DNA from: Macrostomum lignano
Taxonomy: Eukaryota
Assembly (NCBI GenBank): GCA_002269645.1
Contig: NIVC01000267.1
Span: 310,001 to 374,000 of the forward strand
DNA length: 64,000 nucleotides
Direction: 5' to 3'
The notes beneath the pieces are model-generated. The model was not told the DNA's origin. It worked only from the letters and a program-made list of their open reading frames with translations, and made no database searches. Positions 57,626 through 64,000 of this stretch are shown piece after piece. How positions within the stretch are numbered: position 1 is the stretch's first letter; each line of letters starts with the position of its first letter. Made by a program: the position numbers and the translations under genes.

Positions 57626-57839
57626 AGAAACCCCCCTGTAATCTCAGTTATTCTCTGTGAGCCTTGACGTCTCAGTAATTCTCCCCAGCACAGCACTGTA
57701 CTATAGCTTCATTTAATTTTTATATGACATTTCTTTCATGTCTGACATGACGCTTCTTTTGATTTTTACGTTACGCTTCTTTTATTCTTCCATGATGCTT
57801 CTTAATTTTTTAAATGACACACTTTCATTAGTTTTTATA

Positions 57840-58752
57840 TGAGGCTTCTATAATTTTTTCATGACGCTTCTATGCTTGTGTACATGACGCTTGTATGATT
57901 TTTACATGACGCTTCTATGATTGTTTACATGACGCTTGTATGATTGTTTACATGACGCTTCTATGATTTTTACATGACGCTTTTATGATTTTTACATGAC
58001 GCTTCTATGATTTTTTACATGACGCTTCTATGATTTTTACATGACGCTTTTATGATTTTTACATGACGCTTCTATGATTTTTACATGACGCTTCTATGAT
58101 TTTTACATGACGCTTCTATGATTGTTTACATGACGCTTCTATGATTGTATACATGACGCTTCTATGATTGTTTACATGACGCTTCTATGATTGTATACAT
58201 GACGCTTCTATGATTGTTTACATGACGCTTTTATGATTGTTTACATGACGCTTCTATGATTTTTACATGACGCTTCTATGATTTTTACATGACGCTTCTA
58301 TGATTGTTTACATGACGCTTCTATGATTTTAACATGACGCTTCTATGATTTTTTTACATGACGCTTCTATGATTGTTTACATGACGCTTGTATGATTGTT
58401 TACATGACGCTTGTATGATTTTAACATGACGCTTCTATGATTGTTTACATTACGCTTCTATGATTGCTTGCATGACGCTTCTATGATTTTTTATGACGCT
58501 TTTATGATTTTAACATGACGCTTCTATGATTTTTTTACATGACGCTTCTATGATTGTTTACATGACGCTTGTATGATTGTTTACATGACGCTTTTATGAT
58601 TTTAACATGACGCTTCTATGATTGTTTACATTACGCTTCTATGATTTTTACATGACGCTTCTATGATTTTTACATGACGCTTCTATGATTGTTTACATGA
58701 CGCTTCTATGATTGTTTACATGACGCTTGTATGATTGTTTACATGACGCTTC
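57840..58752. repeat. 22-23-bp minisatellite (acatgacgcttctatgattgttt), ~40 copies
   Basis: Tandem units. Confidence 0.97.
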
Positions 58753-58810
58753 CATAATTTTTTTTGTCTTGGCGTTAAAAGGCTTTAATTAAAAAAACTC
58801 TACTCTCTAA

Positions 58811-58871
58811 AAATTCGAACCATCGTCCCTGCATTTAGCAGTTTAGTCTGTTTACCTCTAGGCTAGCTCTC
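58811..58871 (-). pseudogene. tRNA-Ser(GCT)-derived segment (SINE-head-like), copy 2
   Basis: Minus strand reads gagagcTAGCCTAGAGGtaaacagactaaACTGCTAAatgcagggacgatGGTTCGAATtt: A-box-like, GCT loop and B-box. Confidence 0.55.
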
Positions 58872-58904
58872 ATGAATTTTAGTCATTACCCCTAAATAGA
58901 AAAT

Positions 58905-59115
58905 ATTCCCAAGACAGCAAGCATCCCCCAGTAGCAAGCATCCCCTAATACTCCTAGCAAGCATCCACCCAGATAGCAAGCATCTGCAGATAGCAAGCAT
59001 CTTGCAGATAGCAAGCATCTTGCAGATAGCAAGCATACCCCAAATAATGTAGAAGCATCCTTCCAGATAGCAAGCATCCTGCACATAGCAAGAATCCCTA
59101 AATAGCAAGCATCCC
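58905..59115. repeat. Degenerate second copy of the agatagcaagcatcc minisatellite
   Basis: Same unit and entry flank as 51800-52355. Confidence 0.9.
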
Positions 59116-59154
59116 TGGATAGAAATAATCCTATACATGTAGCCAAGCTTATCA

Positions 59155-60506
59155 AGCGCAGTAATCCTTGGCTATCGAGTGCAGTAATCCTTGGTTTATT
59201 AATAGCAATAATCCATGGCTTATCGAGTGCAGTAATCCTTGGTTTATTAATAGCAATAATCCTTGGCTTATCGAGTGCAGTAATTCATGGTTTATTAATA
59301 GCAATAATCCTTGGCTTATCGAGTGCAGTAATCCTTGGTTTATTAATAGCAATAATCCATGCCTTATCGAGTGCAGTAATCCTTGGTTTGCCAAGAGCAA
59401 TAGTCCTTGGCTTATCGAGTGCAGTAATCCTTGGTTTGCCAAGTGCATAATCCTTGGTTTATTAATAGCAATAATCCTTGGTTTATCGAGTGCAGTAATC
59501 CTTGGTTTATTAATAGCAATAATCCTTGGCTTATCGAGTGCAGTAATCCTTGGTTTATTAATAGCAATAATCCATGGCTTATCGAGTGCAGTAATCCTTG
59601 GTTTGCCAAGAGCAATAGTCCTTGGCTTATCGAGTGCAGTAATCCTTGGTTTGCCAAGAGCAATAGTCCTTGGTTTATTGAGTGCAGTAATCCTTGGTTT
59701 ATTAATAGCAATAATCCTTGGCTTATCGAGTGCAGTAATCCTTGGTTTGCCAAGTGCATAATCCTTGGTTTATTAATAGCAATAATCCTTGGCTTATCGA
59801 GTGCAGTAATCCTTGGTTTATTAACAGCAATAATCCTTGGTTTATCGAGTGCATTAATCCTTGGTTTATTAATAGCAATAATCCTTGGCTTATCGAGTGC
59901 AGTAATCCTTGGTTTATTAATAGCAATAATCCTTGGCTTATCGAGTGCAGTAATCCTTGGTTTGCCAAGAGCAATAGTCCTTGGTTTTTTGAGTGCAGTA
60001 ATCCTTGGTTTATTAATAGCAATAGTCCTTGGTTTATTGAGTGCAGTAATGCTTGGTTTATTAATAGCAATAATCCTTGGCTTATCGATTGCAGTAATCC
60101 TTGGTTTGCCAAGTGCATAATCCTTGGTTTATTAATAGCAATAATCCTTGGTTTATCGAGTGCAGTAATCCTTAGTTTATTAATAGCAATAATCCTTGGC
60201 TTATCGAGTGCAGTAATCCTTGGTTTATTAATAGCAATAATCCATGGCTTATCGAGTGCAGTAATCCTTGGTTTATTAATAGCAATAATCCTTGGCTTAT
60301 CGAGTGCAGTAATTCATGGTTTATTAATAGCAATAATCCTTGGCTTATCGAGTGCAGTAATCCTTGGTTTATTAATAGCAATAATCCATGGCTTATCGAG
60401 TGCAGTAATCCTTGGTTTGCCAAGAGCAATAATCCTTGGCTTATCGAGTGCAGTATTCCTTGGTTTGCCAAGAGCAATAATCCTTAGCTTATCGAGTGCA
60501 GTAATC
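59155..60506. repeat. 48-bp satellite made of two diverged 24-mers (ttatcgagtgcagtaatccttggt + ttattaatagcaataatccttggc)
   Basis: 16-aa periodicity in the spurious ORFs. A third 24-mer variant is ttgccaagagcaatagtccttggc. Confidence 0.97.
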
Positions 60507-60509
60507 TAA

Positions 60510-61172
60510 GTGTTTTTATTTAGTCCTTTAATAAAAGCTTTTAATAAAAAATTTTACACTACTACTTTTAAACTACTTAGATTCGAACCCAGGTCGCTGC
60601 ATTAGCAGTCTGGTCTGCTCAGCTCTAGGCTAGCTCTCATCGAAGTTATCAGTGAATTTGTACCACTTATATAATTCAATGATCACACCAAGTCAGGTAG
60701 AGTAAAAAGTCACGCGAAGCAGTTATGACATAATCAATTTCTTAGGCAAGTCAGTACCAGTGTCTATGAAAGTTAACAATATGGTTACGTAATATAAATT
60801 CAGTACTGCACTATACTTTCACCCTCAAAGCTGTGACGCAATTCAATTGAGTGTCAAATTCAGCCAGTACACAGACGATAAATAAAGTGTATTGTGATGC
60901 AATCTATTTCAGAATCAGAATTCAACCAGTCAGATTTTTCTCTAGCATTCTTACAATGCATTTCAGGTCGAAAGAGCTGCTTGACCTTTGCAAAAAATCA
61001 TGTTTTTCGAATATTTAATCCCTTTAACATTGAGCAATTTCTTAGCCAATATGCATGTACCGTCCCGGGAAAATTTCTGATCGAATGGTGCAAGTTTGAA
61101 GAAAATCGGTTGAGCCGTTCGGGAGAAAATCAATTACAAGCAAGCAACCAAGCATTTCATTTTTAGTATATT
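60510..61172. mobile_element. Composite dispersed repeat copy 3: AT linker, antisense tRNA-Ser(GCT)-like segment (60579-60638), body, Helitron-type end
   Basis: Minus strand reads gagagctagcctagagctgagcagaccaGACTGCTAATgcagcgacctgGGTTCGAATCt. The body is collinear with 55700-56272. Confidence 0.75.
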
Positions 61173-63194
61173 AGACTTAGAGATTTAGTATATTTAGAAG
61201 TGGAGCCCGAGAAACTTATGTACACAAATGATATGTCATTCTGCTCACAGTGCCACCAGAAAGCTGGGCTTGGCGAAAAAGTGACAAAAAATAGACTTGT
61301 AAATAAGTTAGGGACTTTTTTGTCAACTGAAGCTCATAAAGAAGAGTCCCGGGCGGCTTCACTTTAAAGGGCTTAAGTTGACAAGCCCTTTGTTTTTAGA
61401 ACCTGATCCTAACTCTTACCTAACTAGAGATACTCGTAAAACTTGACTGTGGGTAGAGACTATCCTCAATTATATTGGATTTCACTCTCTTCAAAGAGCG
61501 TTGATGGACAAGAAACAAGATAAAGGGTTGTTAACAACACACTATAACAGACTCGATATTCAAGTAAATTCAATTGATCGCTATCGGTATAGTGACATTC
61601 GAGAGCATTATCTTTGAGCAGATGAGCATAGTTTTGAAGGCACGCCATGGGCTCCACATACACACACTGATGGATTTTTTTTCGATTTATTCCCATATAG
61701 AGAGGCTGCACAAGGCAGCTTCATCCGCTAGCCTAATTGATATTCCCAGCCTTCCTGTCCCAGTAACTACTGCAAATCCCACACTATATAGCTGCGACTC
61801 TCGCCGAGTTCGATGGGAGAAACTAGGGAGACCCCCTCCCTCCTACAAGCAGCGTTTCGAACTGTGCGGCAAAATCGATCTAGTGAGCAAATGAACCGTG
61901 ACGAGATCTGGGAGGTGCAGCGGTGCGCGCGGGACCTTCTTATTCTACTTAAAGAGAGAAAAGTCAGAGAAGACATAAAGGCCCGTAACAATCATAGAAA
62001 ATGAGTCAAAGTTTACAGAAAATATAGTAGGACCTAGCTAAATGATGAAATTGCTGCTCCCAGAAGTCTGCTGCGCCACAGGACTTTTTACCGTAGACAA
62101 ACTTTTTTGCTTGATTTTTGCGCTCTATGAATACATTGAACGCTTGCAGTGCCAACAGATTGCCAACAAAACTATTTAATCCACACGTTTTACTACGTGT
62201 TATATATATATTATTTACAGCCAGTCCCTGATGCTAAATTACAGAGTACCGCAGCGTGTGTATGAGTGCGAAATGGGCAGAATTGCCCCAGCGCTGGTTG
62301 AGATGATGTCGCCGAAGCCCTCCCGTAAATACACTTTACGTGTTTACCGTAAGTGAACACGGTAACTTACCGTTAACTTACGCTGTACACCGTAAATACA
62401 ATATTTATCTATTAAGTAGAAATTTTAATTTCTTTAGACCTAACAGTGGATGCAGGGGCTTGTAGATGGTTGGAAAAAAACTTATACTATATATCATTCC
62501 TGTGATTAAGGGCGATGGTACAGCAATGACAATATACCTATGCTGATTTTCCATTACCCTTTAAGACATGGGACAGAATTAATTGCATATAGGCAACCAA
62601 GAAAATTTTTAGGATTTTTTTCCACCAGAGAAGCAATAAAAAAGCATAAGCCTCCATCTGTAGCCACTTCGGACTAAACTGGGAACATAAAGCGTCAAGT
62701 AAGATAGAAATTTATGACGGGTAAAAAGCTGCGCGAAGATATTTTGCTTCGCCTTAGGAGGTCATAATAATCCTGCTGAAGACCTATCCAATGCTGTCAT
62801 GACCCCTACCGCGAAGAAATAATAAAAAAGTATTCATCGTTTCTGCATCAGCATTGCAATATTCAACTTTTTTAAACCGAATTCCCACTGATCGCTACAA
62901 ACGGGGAAGAATGGGTTGTTTGATAAAACCCCCAGGTGTGCAAGAGCAGGCATTGTCGAAACTCTCCCATTCGCTCTTAGGAAAAATTTTTCTGAATAAA
63001 TTTTGCATAAATTCCCTCATAACAATCTAATAACCTAATAATCCTGCCTATATACTAAAAAATGGTTTGTCGGTAGCTATACAATGGAATAAAAAAACGG
63101 ATAAAACGATTTTCATCATGATTTCATGTCATTTTCATGTAATTTTATCTTATTTTTAAAGAGATTCCTGTGTTTTTTGTCGGATTGCGCTTGG

Positions 63195-63895
63195 GGAAGT
63201 TGACCCCGCTAATATTGTGCTTGGGGAGGACATGCCCCCTAATAGTTTTGCTACGGGAGGCGACGTACCCCTTAATATTGTTGCTTGGGAGGACATGACC
63301 CCGCTAAGATTGTGCTTGGGAGGACATGACTCCGCTAAGATTGTGCTTGGGGAGGACATGACTCCACTAATATTGTGCTTGGGAGGACATGACTCCGCTA
63401 ATATTGTTCTTGGGAGGACATGACCCCGCTAAGATTGTGCTTGGGAGGACATGACCCCGCTAAGATTGTGCTTGGGAGGACATGACTCCGCTAAGATTGT
63501 GCTTGGGGAGGACATGACTCCGCTAATATTGTGCTTGGGGAGGACATGACTCCGCTAATATTGTGCTTGGGGAGGACATGACTCCGCTAATATTGTGCTT
63601 GGGGAGGACATGACTCCGCTAATATTGTGCTTGGGGAGGACATGACTCCGCTAATATTGTGCTTGGGAGGACATGACTCCGCTAATATTGTGCTTGGGAG
63701 GACATGACTCCGCTAATATTGTGCTTGGGGAGGACATGACTCCGCTAAGATTGTGCTTTGGGATGACATGACCCCGCTAATATTGTGCTAGGGATGACAT
63801 GACCCCGCTAATATTGTGCTTGGGGAGGACATGACCCCGCTAATATTGTGCTTGGGATGACATGACCCCGCTAATATTGTGCTTGGGAGGACTTG
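63195..63895. repeat. 31-32-bp minisatellite (ggaggacatgactccgctaatattgtgcttg(g)), ~22 copies
   Basis: Tandem units. Confidence 0.96.
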
Positions 63896-64000
63896 ATCTC
63901 AATAATACTGTGCCCTAATCCTTAATCTGAAAGGTCAAGACTCCATTAATCCAACGGAGCATCGGTTCTGCCTAATAATTGCATCGCTGCAGAGTTTGAG

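Noticed and set aside
59152-60509. Hydrophobic ORFs resembling multi-pass membrane proteins
   Set aside because: Products of the 48-bp satellite, frameshifted at each shortened unit.
55752-60638. Functional tRNA-Ser genes
   Set aside because: The three segments are ~60 bp, lack an acceptor stem and variable arm, differ from each other, and sit inside a dispersed repeat.
61574-62004. Short ORFs 61574-61894, 61767-61991 and 61813-62004
   Set aside because: No recognisable domain, no consistent splice partners, and overlapping frames on both strands.

Overview
Eukaryotic (metazoan) genomic DNA. It has GT-AG introns, GC-rich exons with poly-Q/poly-A tracts, AT-rich spacers and about 30 distinct tandem arrays, which by hand estimate cover roughly 25 kb (~40%) of the window. 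This style resembles the free-living flatworm Macrostomum (inference only). Seven protein-coding genes can be reconstructed with phase-consistent splice sites: (1) the 3' end of a low-complexity protein with a 13x 11-aa repeat (1-1161, +); (2) a 3-exon TRH-receptor-like GPCR (-); (3) a 2-exon ODAD3/CCDC151 (-); (4) a 2-exon C3orf18/SMIM29-family membrane protein (+); (5) an 8-exon MPHOSPH9-like coiled-coil protein (+); (6) an HCFC1R1/CCDC117-like protein directly downstream of it (+, possible operon); (7) a 2-exon six-finger C2H2 protein (-). Mobile DNA includes a fold-back mariner derivative, hAT/MITE remnants, and a composite element (minisatellite + tRNA-Ser-like segment + Helitron-type end) repeated at 51.8-61.2 kb. 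The most notable signals are sharply bounded CpG-depleted blocks with CpG>TpG/CpA changes visible between paralogous repeats, the candidate operon, an in-frame stop-free minisatellite intron, and minisatellites in nearly every long intron. There is no CRISPR array, rRNA or intact tRNA. Most ORFs in the supplied track are artefacts of tandem repeats or antisense shadows of GC-rich exons. Homology calls are from remembered sequences, not database searches. Array edges are accurate to a few bp to tens of bp.
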